Part shown: in pieces, positions 37,398-46,551 of the stretch
How positions within the stretch are numbered: position 1 is the stretch's first letter
Layout: every line of letters begins with the position of its first letter
Source: Bacteroidales bacterium
GTDB lineage: Bacteria; Bacteroidota; Bacteroidia; Bacteroidales; VadinHA17
Direction of reading: 5' to 3'
Assembly (NCBI GenBank): GCA_025454795.1
Contig: JALONT010000007.1
Span: forward strand, 66,750-130,749
Length of the DNA: 64,000 nt
Notes under the pieces: model-generated
Told to the model about the DNA's origin: nothing
What the model saw: only the letters and a program-made list of their open reading frames with translations
Databases searched by the model: none
Position numbers and translations under genes: made by a program

Positions 37398-37937
37398 TTA
37401 TTCTTTTGTCAATTCAATAATGAGCTGAATGATTTTTTCATTCTCAGTTTCCGGAATTTTACCTGTATATAGAGCCCTCACAACCCTGTTCTTGTCTACA
37501 ATCACAACACTATAGCTGTCTTTGGGTAAACCCCATTCTTTCAGTAATTTACCATCATAATCAAATAGAATTGTAGTATCATATTTTTTGGCTTTTTTAC
37601 CTGCAATCATCCTTATGAGACCATTAGGTTTCCATGTTGATTTGGTATCGACAATTCCGAAGCCCTTGAAAAAATCTTTATTTATGATCTTATCAACATC
37701 AGCAGCCTTATCGATTGCATCATTAAAAGGATCATTCATATCAGATTCATCAGGATCTACATAGTTGATCTGGAGAACCTTACCAGGCCAGGAATTCATT
37801 GTAAATTCCTTTTTGTCTGCATCTGGAAAGGTCCATTCAGGAGCTTTCATGCCAACTTCAAGCTTAGTTCCGGTCTGTCCATAAACAGAAATCATTGCCA
37901 GAGAAGCGAATAGAAAAGTGAAGGTCATTTTTTTCAT
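37398..37937 (-). CDS. YtfJ-family / thioredoxin-fold secreted protein
   Basis: Signal peptide, LEVGMKAP, GKVLQINY, WGL..YSVVIVDK; no CxxC motif. Confidence 0.7.
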   Translation of the reverse strand: MKKMTFTFLFASLAMISVYGQTGTKLEVGMKAPEWTFPDADKKEFTMNSWPGKVLQINYVDPDESDMNDPFNDAIDKAADVDKIINKDFFKGFGIVDTKSTWKPNGLIRMIAGKKAKKYDTTILFDYDGKLLKEWGLPKDSYSVVIVDKNRVVRALYTGKIPETENEKIIQLIIELTKE

Positions 37938-38053
37938 ACTAATGTTTTTATAATTAGATCGAAATATATGAATTTTTTATTATAAACTGATTTTCATCTG
38001 TTTTTTAAAATAATCCCGTTAACAATATTACTTTTGCAGTCTCAATTTTTTCT

Positions 38054-39835
38054 ATGCAATCATTAAGGAATATAGCAATTATTGCACATGTCGATCATGG
38101 TAAGACGACTCTGGTCGACAGGATAATACAGGAATGCAAGGTTCTGGATCAGCGGAAGGATGTGGGTGATTTGATCCTGGACAGTAATGAGCTGGAGAGG
38201 GAAAGGGGAATAACAATTATTTCCAAGAATGTGTCTGTAAAATATAAAGGCGTAAAGATCAATATAATAGATACTCCGGGACATGCGGATTTCGGGGGCG
38301 AAGTGGAACGTGTTCTGAAAATGGCAGATGGTGTTCTGCTGCTTGTGGACGCCTTTGAAGGACCCATGCCGCAGACAAGATTTGTACTTGGAAAAGCGAT
38401 AAGTCTTGGTCTGAAACCCATTGTTGTCGTCAATAAGGTAGATAAGGAAAATTGCCGGCCAGATGAAGTGCAACAGGATATCTTTGAGCTGATGTTCAAT
38501 CTTGATGCTTCTGAGGAACAGCTTGATTTTGAAACTGTATTCGGTTCATCCAAATATGGCTGGATGAGCAAAGACTGGAAAAAGCCATCAACCGATATCA
38601 CTATCCTTCTTGACACAATTCTTGAGCAGATACCGGAACCTCCGTATATTGAAGGTACTGCCCAGATGCAGGTAGCTTCGCTGGATTTCTCCAGTTATGT
38701 AGGACGAATTGCAATCGGAAGGGTCTTCCGGGGTGATATTAATATCGGGGTAGATTATACTTTGTGCAAAAAAGATGGAGAGGTGCGGAAGGTAAGGGTT
38801 AAGGAACTATTTTTATTTGAGGGGCTTGGACGGCTTAAAACAGACAGTGTAAGATGTGGCGATCTCTGCGCGGTTATCGGACTGGAAGATTTCGAGATAG
38901 GGGATACCCTCGCTGATCTTCTGAATCCGGAAGCGCTCCAGAGAATTGAGGTCGATGAACCGACGATGAGCATGGTCTTCACAATAAATAATTCACCTCT
39001 CTTTGGTAAAGAAGGTAAGTTTGTAACATCCAGGCATTTAAGGACCAGGCTCATGAGGGAAACAGAAAAGAACCTTGCGCTCAAAGTAGAAGAGACTACT
39101 TCAGAAGATACCTTTAATGTATTCGGCCGGGGCATACTTCATCTTTCAATACTTATCGAAACAATGCGCCGCGAAGGTTATGAATTCCAGGTTGGAAAAC
39201 CGAAGGTGATATTTAAGGATATAGATGGCAAAAAATCAGAACCATACGAAACACTTTCAATTGATGTCCCTGCTGATTTTTCCGGAAAGGCCATTGAACT
39301 TGTTACCCAGAGAAAAGGTGAAATGATTGTCATTGAACCGAAAGGTGACCTTGTCCATCTTGAGTTTGACATTCCCGCCAGGGGAATAATAGGTCTGCGC
39401 AATAATATGCTCACAGCTACTTCCGGTGAGGCTGTTATGCATCACCGGTTCAGAGCTTACGATAAATATAAAGGGGACGATCTTTTACCCAAACAATACG
39501 GATCCCTTATTTCACTTGAAAAGGGAATGGCTACCGGCTATGCAATTGACAGGCTTCAGGACCGTGGCAGGTTTTATATTGATCCGGGAGATCAGGTCTA
39601 TAAAGGTCAGGTTGTTGGCGAGAGTACCCGTCCTGGAGACATCGAGGTAAATTTAGTAAAGGGGAAAAAACTCACCAACATGAGAGCTTCGGGTTCTGAT
39701 GATAGCCTGAAAATTGCACCAAAGCTCAAATTCTCACTCGAGGAATCGATGGAGCAGATTAAGGATGATGAATACCTTGAAGTTACCCCACTGAACCTCA
39801 GAATGCGAAAAGTGCCTTCATATAAATTCGCTTAA
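38054..39835 (+). CDS. typA: Translational GTPase TypA/BipA
   Basis: RNIAIIAHVDHGKTT, DTPGHADFGGEVER, GRGILHLSILIETMRREG, KKLTNMRASG. Confidence 0.97.
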   Translation: MQSLRNIAIIAHVDHGKTTLVDRIIQECKVLDQRKDVGDLILDSNELERERGITIISKNVSVKYKGVKINIIDTPGHADFGGEVERVLKMADGVLLLVDAFEGPMPQTRFVLGKAISLGLKPIVVVNKVDKENCRPDEVQQDIFELMFNLDASEEQLDFETVFGSSKYGWMSKDWKKPSTDITILLDTILEQIPEPPYIEGTAQMQVASLDFSSYVGRIAIGRVFRGDINIGVDYTLCKKDGEVRKVRVKELFLFEGLGRLKTDSVRCGDLCAVIGLEDFEIGDTLADLLNPEALQRIEVDEPTMSMVFTINNSPLFGKEGKFVTSRHLRTRLMRETEKNLALKVEETTSEDTFNVFGRGILHLSILIETMRREGYEFQVGKPKVIFKDIDGKKSEPYETLSIDVPADFSGKAIELVTQRKGEMIVIEPKGDLVHLEFDIPARGIIGLRNNMLTATSGEAVMHHRFRAYDKYKGDDLLPKQYGSLISLEKGMATGYAIDRLQDRGRFYIDPGDQVYKGQVVGESTRPGDIEVNLVKGKKLTNMRASGSDDSLKIAPKLKFSLEESMEQIKDDEYLEVTPLNLRMRKVPSYKFA

Positions 39836-40500
39836 GTGCTGCAATTATTCAAAAAGTCATTTAACGGCTTCATAGCACGGCAGGCACTTACAATATACTC
39901 TAAGCAACTTTCTGAAGTCATTTTGCTGTCTGAAATCTGGCGGGCAGAAAGGAAACTCTTTAATTTTAATAATTCAATATGAGGGTGATCCCTGGAATAA
40001 CCTTTCGGGGCACTCTTTAGTTTTTCACCTTCAATAGCTCCAAAGAATCTTATGAAATCAGGATCGCTTGTGATTTTTAGAAATTCTTTTCCATGCTCAG
40101 CAATCTTTTCCCTGATGGCTGATAACCAAGCTGATGGGGGCATGTATGCACCACCGGCGATCATACTGTTCCCTGGTTCAACATGTATGTAGTATCCGGC
40201 AAACCGGTCACCGTTTCTTTTTCCTCCCCGGACAACAAATGCACCCAGATGGGTTTTATAAATCGTCTTATCATTTGAAAACCTGATATCACGGTTGATC
40301 CTGTAAGTGCAGCTTTTAGATTCGAGACCCTTAAGTATCGGATCAAACAAGGAGATTTCGTCTATGGCAGCCTGAACAAATGTTTCAAAATCAGACCTGG
40401 CTGATTCATATCTTTTTCGGTTTGCATTAAACCACTCTTTGTCGTTATGCAGCTTAAGGTCAGACAGAAACTGAATCGTGGATTTTTGAATTGTCGCCAT
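39832..40500 (-). CDS. DUF2461 family protein
   Basis: FLSDL..HNDKEWF, YRINRDIRFSNDK..YKT, GYYIHVEPG, LKSAPKGY..DHP. Confidence 0.85.
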   Translation of the reverse strand: MATIQKSTIQFLSDLKLHNDKEWFNANRKRYESARSDFETFVQAAIDEISLFDPILKGLESKSCTYRINRDIRFSNDKTIYKTHLGAFVVRGGKRNGDRFAGYYIHVEPGNSMIAGGAYMPPSAWLSAIREKIAEHGKEFLKITSDPDFIRFFGAIEGEKLKSAPKGYSRDHPHIELLKLKSFLSARQISDSKMTSESCLEYIVSACRAMKPLNDFLNNCST

Positions 40501-40643
40501 TTCGTATTATTTTTTGATTCTGCAAGTTTAATAAACTTTTTTACTGCTGGTTTCATTTCTTCATAATTCATCATACTACTGATGTCACAGCAATGTTTTT
40601 GGTTATATTTGAAAAATAGCAAGTTCACTTAAAATATAATATA

Positions 40644-42026
40644 ATGACAAGGAAAAGAGTATTTTATGGTTTACTGATTTTCTTTCTGGCTGTACTTACT
40701 GGTGCAGCTGTTTACATGAATTCATTGCTTCCTATAATAACCGGCTATACTGCAAAAAAAATGTGTTCAGCTGTTTTTATCTCAGAAAGAAAGCCTGCAG
40801 AGGTTGAGAATAAAGACCTGAACTTTTCATTTATAAAGTATACAAAAAGCAATGTGGACTATGAGGATAAGAGTGTAACCAGCAAGTTTTTATGGGGAAA
40901 ATCCAAAGCAATTTACAGAGATGGCTTTGGGTCGACACTTTTGAGAGGGGTAGAGGAGGAGGTTCTCAGGAAAATCAAATTTCCGGCAGTTACTATACCC
41001 GGATATTCACAGGATACCACTAACTGGCCCCTGGGGAATCTTCTGGAAGATTCTGTAAAAACAGGTATTAATCAGACTGAACTTAACGGAATAGCGAAAA
41101 GACTAATCGATGAAAACGGTTACAACGGAACCGCTTTTGCTTTTCTGGCACTTCATAAAGGAATCCCTGTTGTCGAGGCATACAGGGCTCAGTTCAATCC
41201 GGCTACCCGTTTTTTAAGCTGGTCGATGTCAAAAAGTGTAATTAATGCGATGGTTGGAATTCTGGTAAAAGAAGGGAAACTGGATATTTCAAAGCCGGCA
41301 GATATCAGAGAATGGAAAGATGATGAAAGAAGCAAAATTACGATGAATGATCTTCTGCAGATGCAGAGCGGTCTTAAGTGGAATGAGGATTACGGGAACA
41401 GATCAAATGTGAATGTGATGCTTCATTTTGAAAGCGATATGGGAAAATATGCTTATGATCAGCCATTGGAATATCCGGCCGGGACTCACTATTATTATTC
41501 ATCAGGCACGGCAAATATTATAAGTCATATTATCAGAAAACAATTTTCTGATGACTCCCTGTACTATTCGTTTGTGTATTCCAGTCTGTTCAATAAAATC
41601 GGAATGCCAGATGCTATATTTGAAGCAGATCCTTCCGGGACCCTGGTAGGTTCATCATATTTATATGCGACAGCCAGGGATTATGCTCGATTCGGACTGC
41701 TGTACCTGAACGATGGTATTTTTAACGGTGAACGTATCCTGCCTGAAGGATGGGTTAAATACAGCAGGACTCCGGCTTCAAACAGCAATGGTGAGTATGG
41801 TGCACTATTCTGCCTCAATAAAATCAAGGCAATGACTACCAAACCTGAAGATGAGTTTTATCTTTCCGCACCTGAAGATATGTTTTATTGTGATGGACAT
41901 GATGGTCAGGAAATTTTTATTCTGCCATCACAGGAACTTGTAGTTGTAGTTCTTGGATTTTCCCCATCCTCGAATGGCGGGATGGATTTTGACAGCCTTC
42001 TGAAAGATATATTAGGTACTCTGTAA
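40644..42026 (+). CDS. Serine hydrolase (beta-lactamase/AmpC-like family)
   Basis: SWSMSKS (SxxK), LLQMQSGL, YYSSG, ARDYARFGLLYL, GHDGQ. Confidence 0.88.
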   Translation: MTRKRVFYGLLIFFLAVLTGAAVYMNSLLPIITGYTAKKMCSAVFISERKPAEVENKDLNFSFIKYTKSNVDYEDKSVTSKFLWGKSKAIYRDGFGSTLLRGVEEEVLRKIKFPAVTIPGYSQDTTNWPLGNLLEDSVKTGINQTELNGIAKRLIDENGYNGTAFAFLALHKGIPVVEAYRAQFNPATRFLSWSMSKSVINAMVGILVKEGKLDISKPADIREWKDDERSKITMNDLLQMQSGLKWNEDYGNRSNVNVMLHFESDMGKYAYDQPLEYPAGTHYYYSSGTANIISHIIRKQFSDDSLYYSFVYSSLFNKIGMPDAIFEADPSGTLVGSSYLYATARDYARFGLLYLNDGIFNGERILPEGWVKYSRTPASNSNGEYGALFCLNKIKAMTTKPEDEFYLSAPEDMFYCDGHDGQEIFILPSQELVVVVLGFSPSSNGGMDFDSLLKDILGTL

Positions 42027-42042
42027 ATACAACTCTTTACAT

Positions 42043-42362
42043 TATCTGATTTTACTTTGTCTGCTTAAACAAGGTGGAGGCAGATGTCAATCAGTAAAGC
42101 TATATCGGATAGAAGCTCGGACGAGAATTTCCTTTGACATAAAATCTTTGTCGATATAGGACTCGGCAGAGCCTCGTCGCTATATCTGATTTTACTGTGT
42201 CATCTGTAACGAAGTGAAGGATGATGTCAATCAGCATTGAGGATCGGGGGGAAAAAGATGAGAATTTCCTTTGACATAAAATCTTTGTCGATATAGGACT
42301 CGGCAGAGCCTCGTCGCTATATCTGATTTTATGTCAATCAGCAGAGCTGAACGGAAATTCTC
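42043..42362. repeat. Composite palindromic repeat array, period 137 bp
   Basis: A 72-bp exact direct repeat at 42123-42194 and 42260-42331, a partial copy at about 42043-42094, and nested inverted repeats. Confidence 0.85.
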
Positions 42363-42527
42363 TTAGAAAGCCTATAATTAATATTATGTCAAATAGAAAA
42401 AATTAATGTACATCCGGAACAATAACCATAAACCAGAACCTCTATCCTCTCAGAGTAATATCTATCTAAAATAAAGAAGGGTGCCCTTTTGAGACCCCCC
42501 CCTATAATATATTAAATTGTTAACAGG

Positions 42528-43703
42528 TTACTTCTGTTCGATAGCATTAAGTTTAGCTTTGATTGTCTCGTATTTCGGAGCATACTGCGGATCAAGCTGC
42601 TTCATCCTGTAGTATAATTCCTGCAGACTTCTCATTGCATACACGTCATCCGGTTTCAGTTCATGAGCTTTTTCCATAAAAGGAAGCGCTTTTGCATAAA
42701 CAACGTTAGCTTCATCAATAGCTGCACTGTATTTCTTCACATCCATTATATCATTAGCCTTAACGAACATATCTGCAGCTTTATTTATATATGCAGCACC
42801 CAGACCATATTGTGTTTCAAACATTTCCGGTTTCAACTCGATAGCTTTAATAAGCTCAGGGATAGATTCATCATTTCTGCCCTGGTTAAGGTAAGTAAGT
42901 CCGGCTGCAAGGTAAAGGCTGAAATTTGCAGGATCAGCTTCTTTTGCAACCTTAATATAATTGAGAGCCTCTTCCAATTTATTGCTCTTCAGATACAGAT
43001 CGATCAGCTGAAGAGTAACAGTCTTGTCATCGGGGAATTTATTGGGCAGATCAAGAAGGTAACTTTCCGCTTTGGTGGTATCTCCCAGCCCCAGATAGCA
43101 CTCATATATCTGGTAATATGGCGTAATTCCCAGGTATTTCATCTCAGCGCATTTTTCGAAATACTTCATACCTTCATTGTATTTTTTTGCATTTACTGCA
43201 GCCAGACCGGCATTATAATACATTCCTGTATCAATCCCGCCAACATAATTATCGCTTTCAGTTATTTGAATCTGCGATGCAAATGATTTAAGGGCACCTT
43301 CATAATCCTTGGCTTCGAATCTTTTCCCTCCCTGAACATATAAATCAAGAGCAAGAGAATTATAAATACCACTTGTAATGATCTTTTTCTTGGTCGTTCC
43401 TTTTACATCCAGTTCCATTGCCTTTTCATAAGCTGTATACGCTTCGGCAAGCGGATCAGTAAAATAACCATTGTATTTTGGATCATCAGCTTTAAATACC
43501 GCCTGACCCAGTTTCCCTTTTGCAAAATAGGTATTGAACCAATTCATTGACTTCTCATTTGTAAAAGCCATATCTAATGCTTCTTTGGCTTTATCAAGAG
43601 TTCCCAGGTCAATGAATGAGAGTGCTGAGGTTACTTTCCCTTTCTGTGCCATTAATCCCAGTGAAATACTGACGGCTGCTATAAGCAGAAAAAACTTTTT
43701 CAT
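42528..43703 (-). CDS. Secreted tetratricopeptide-repeat protein
   Basis: Signal peptide and multiple TPR-like helices; downstream of gyrA. Confidence 0.85.
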   Translation of the reverse strand: MKKFFLLIAAVSISLGLMAQKGKVTSALSFIDLGTLDKAKEALDMAFTNEKSMNWFNTYFAKGKLGQAVFKADDPKYNGYFTDPLAEAYTAYEKAMELDVKGTTKKKIITSGIYNSLALDLYVQGGKRFEAKDYEGALKSFASQIQITESDNYVGGIDTGMYYNAGLAAVNAKKYNEGMKYFEKCAEMKYLGITPYYQIYECYLGLGDTTKAESYLLDLPNKFPDDKTVTLQLIDLYLKSNKLEEALNYIKVAKEADPANFSLYLAAGLTYLNQGRNDESIPELIKAIELKPEMFETQYGLGAAYINKAADMFVKANDIMDVKKYSAAIDEANVVYAKALPFMEKAHELKPDDVYAMRSLQELYYRMKQLDPQYAPKYETIKAKLNAIEQK

Positions 43704-43766
43704 GTTTATGATTTTAATTTGTTTTTAATGTAAATAAATAATTTTTCAAATGTATAACTTTAGTTA

Positions 43767-46292
43767 TTAATCTTCAAATTCTTTGCCAATTTCATCTGAA
43801 GCAGAATTATTTTCATTTGTATCAATCCCTTCAATTACTTCATTCTCTTCAGTAACTTCAACACAGGCTACAGATGCAATGATATCATTCTCTTTAAGAT
43901 TGATCAGCCTTACACCCTGCGTGGCTCTTCCCATAACCCTCAGTGCTGATACGGGACTTCTCAGGATATTTCCAAACTGAGTTATGATCATAAGATCATG
44001 ATTATCAGTAACATCCTTAAGAGCGATCAACGAACCCGTCTTTTCCGTTATGTTAATGGTCTTCACCCCTTTTCCACCCCTGTTTGTTATTCTGTATCCA
44101 TCAATGTCTGACCTTTTTCCGTAACCTTTTTCAGAAACAACAAGAATATCTTTTTCTTTATTCTCAATTGTGATCATCCCTATAACGAAATCAGTCTTCT
44201 CGTTTGCCAGTCTGATCCCTCTGACACCTGATGCGGTACGTCCCATCGGTCTGACTGATGCTTCAGGGAAACGGATAGCCCGGCCTGATCTTACAGCCAG
44301 CATAATATGGTGATTACCGTTTGTCATCCTTGCTTCAAGAAGCTCATCTCCTTCTCTTACAGTAATTGCATTTACTCCATTTACCCGGGGTCTGGAATAA
44401 GCTTCCAGTGATGTTTTTTTAATGATTCCTTTTGTAGTGCAGAGGACAATGAAATTATTGTTAATGTAATCGGGATCGTTCAGATTCCTGACATTAATAA
44501 AAGCTTTAACGCTATCATCAGGTTCTATATTTATAAGGTTCTGCATTGCCCGGCCTTTAGATGTCCTTGATCCTTCCGGGATACTATATACTTTAAGCCA
44601 GTAGCATTTTCCTTTTGTAGTGAAGAAGAGCATAGTATTATGCATTGTAGCAATATAAAGGTGCTCAATGAAATCTTCTTCCCTGGTAGTACCGCCTTTA
44701 GCTCCTGTTCCACCCCGGTTTTGCCTCCTGAATTCTGTCAGGGGCGTTCTTTTAATATACCCCATGTGCGAAATCGTGATTACCATTTCGTCATCGGCAT
44801 AGAAGTCTTCAGGATTAAATTCCTCGGCATTAGGGACTATTTCAGATCGTCTTTTGTCACCGTATTTTTCTTTTATCTCGAGGAGTTCTTCTTTGATAAT
44901 CTTCATCTGAAGGTCGACGCTGGCAAGAACACTCTTCAGATAATCGATCATATCCATAATTTCCTTATACTCAGCCCTCAGTTTGTCCTGTTCGAGACCT
45001 GTAAGCTGGCGAAGCCTCATTTCAACTATCGCTCTGGATTGTATTTCTGAAAGGCTGAACCTCTCCATAAGCCTCTCTCTGGCCATGTCGGGAGTATTGG
45101 AGGATTTGATTATTGCTATAACTTCATCAATATTATCGCTTGCTATGATAAGTCCACTCAGTATATGGGCTCGTTTTTCAGCCTGATCGAGGTCATATTT
45201 TGTTCTTCTGATGATTACTTCATGTCTGTGTTTTACAAAATAATGTATAAGGTCTCTGGTATTGAGAGTCCTGGGTCTTCCTTTTACAAGAGCAATATTG
45301 TTTACGTTAAATGTTGTCTGAAGAGATGAATATTTATAAAGATGGTTCAGAACGACGTTCGCACTGGCATCTTTCTTGAGGATAATGACAATCCGCATTC
45401 CGTTTCTATCCGATTCATCATTGATATACGAAATCCCTTCAAGCTTCTTTTCGTTAATAAGGTCAGCGATTTTGCGGATCATTTCTGCCTTATTGACCAT
45501 ATAAGGAATTTCCGTAACGATTATGCATTCGCGTCCTGAATGAGTCAGTTCGATTTCAGTTTTTGCCCGAACCACAATCCGGCCGTGTCCGGTTTCACAT
45601 GCATCTCTGATACCCTGACTGCCATATATAATACCGCCTGTGGGAAAATCTGGCCCTTTAACATGTTTAAGGATCTCTTCTGAGGTAATATCATTATTAT
45701 TAATATATGCGACAGTTGCATCAATAATCTCTGATAAATTATGCGGAGCCATGTTTGTTGCCATACCTACAGCGATTCCTGATGCCCCGTTAACCAGAAG
45801 ATTTGGGATACGGGTTGGTAATACTGTGGGTTCGGTAAGGGAATCATCAAAATTGGATTGAAAATCCACGGTATCCTTATCAATATCGGCGAGCGTCTCT
45901 TCAGCAATTTTTCTGAGCCTTGCCTCAGTATAACGCATTGCTGCAGGACTATCGCCGTCGACTGAACCAAAGTTACCCTGACCGTCAACGAGAGGATATC
46001 TCATCGACCAGTCCTGAGCCAACCTTACCATAGCATCATATACGGATGTGTCGCCATGAGGATGATATTTACCGAGCACCTCCCCCACTATCCTTGCAGA
46101 TTTTTTATAGGTCTTGTTTGAAAGCACTCCAAGTTCTGACATTCCGAAAAGCACCCGGCGGTGAACCGGTTTTAAACCGTCCCTCACATCAGGTAATGCT
46201 CTCGATACAATGACCGACATTGAATAATCAATGTAGGCCGACTTCATCTCCTCCTCAATATTTACCTGGACTATCCTCTCTCTCTCTGACAT
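43767..46292 (-). CDS. gyrA: DNA gyrase subunit A
   Basis: [30 protein letters not shown], GyrA-box QNRGGTG, beta-pinwheel repeats. Confidence 0.97.
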   Translation of the reverse strand: MSERERIVQVNIEEEMKSAYIDYSMSVIVSRALPDVRDGLKPVHRRVLFGMSELGVLSNKTYKKSARIVGEVLGKYHPHGDTSVYDAMVRLAQDWSMRYPLVDGQGNFGSVDGDSPAAMRYTEARLRKIAEETLADIDKDTVDFQSNFDDSLTEPTVLPTRIPNLLVNGASGIAVGMATNMAPHNLSEIIDATVAYINNNDITSEEILKHVKGPDFPTGGIIYGSQGIRDACETGHGRIVVRAKTEIELTHSGRECIIVTEIPYMVNKAEMIRKIADLINEKKLEGISYINDESDRNGMRIVIILKKDASANVVLNHLYKYSSLQTTFNVNNIALVKGRPRTLNTRDLIHYFVKHRHEVIIRRTKYDLDQAEKRAHILSGLIIASDNIDEVIAIIKSSNTPDMARERLMERFSLSEIQSRAIVEMRLRQLTGLEQDKLRAEYKEIMDMIDYLKSVLASVDLQMKIIKEELLEIKEKYGDKRRSEIVPNAEEFNPEDFYADDEMVITISHMGYIKRTPLTEFRRQNRGGTGAKGGTTREEDFIEHLYIATMHNTMLFFTTKGKCYWLKVYSIPEGSRTSKGRAMQNLINIEPDDSVKAFINVRNLNDPDYINNNFIVLCTTKGIIKKTSLEAYSRPRVNGVNAITVREGDELLEARMTNGNHHIMLAVRSGRAIRFPEASVRPMGRTASGVRGIRLANEKTDFVIGMITIENKEKDILVVSEKGYGKRSDIDGYRITNRGGKGVKTINITEKTGSLIALKDVTDNHDLMIITQFGNILRSPVSALRVMGRATQGVRLINLKENDIIASVACVEVTEENEVIEGIDTNENNSASDEIGKEFED

Positions 46293-46420
46293 AACATATT
46301 GTTAATTAAATAATTACAAAACAAAAATCCGCTACTGGATTTGAATTACGAAAATAGTGATTATTTGGCTATTTTTGGGCTTTTATTATGGTGACTTTTT
46401 AACATCAGTTGTTCATAAAT

Positions 46421-46436
46421 GGGCATGAAAATTGCC
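46421..46436 (+). promoter_or_regulatory. Candidate sigma-54 promoter for clpC
   Basis: GGGCATGAAAATTGCC contains GG-N10-GC. Confidence 0.5.
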
Positions 46437-46551
46437 ATACTTAAATATTGCATGATTTAACTTTGGTTTCTTAGTTATATGTATTTTTGTCGGGGAGTGC
46501 TGACAGAATGGCGTGCAGATGGAAATTTTAGAGAAAAAGACAGATTAATAT

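Noticed and set aside
42043-42362. CRISPR array
   Set aside because: The repeat is 72 bp with only 2-3 units and nested palindromes, and no cas genes are in the window. It is kept as a composite repeat instead.
42663-43286. 207-aa plus-strand ORF
   Set aside because: It is a shadow ORF antisense to the TPR gene.
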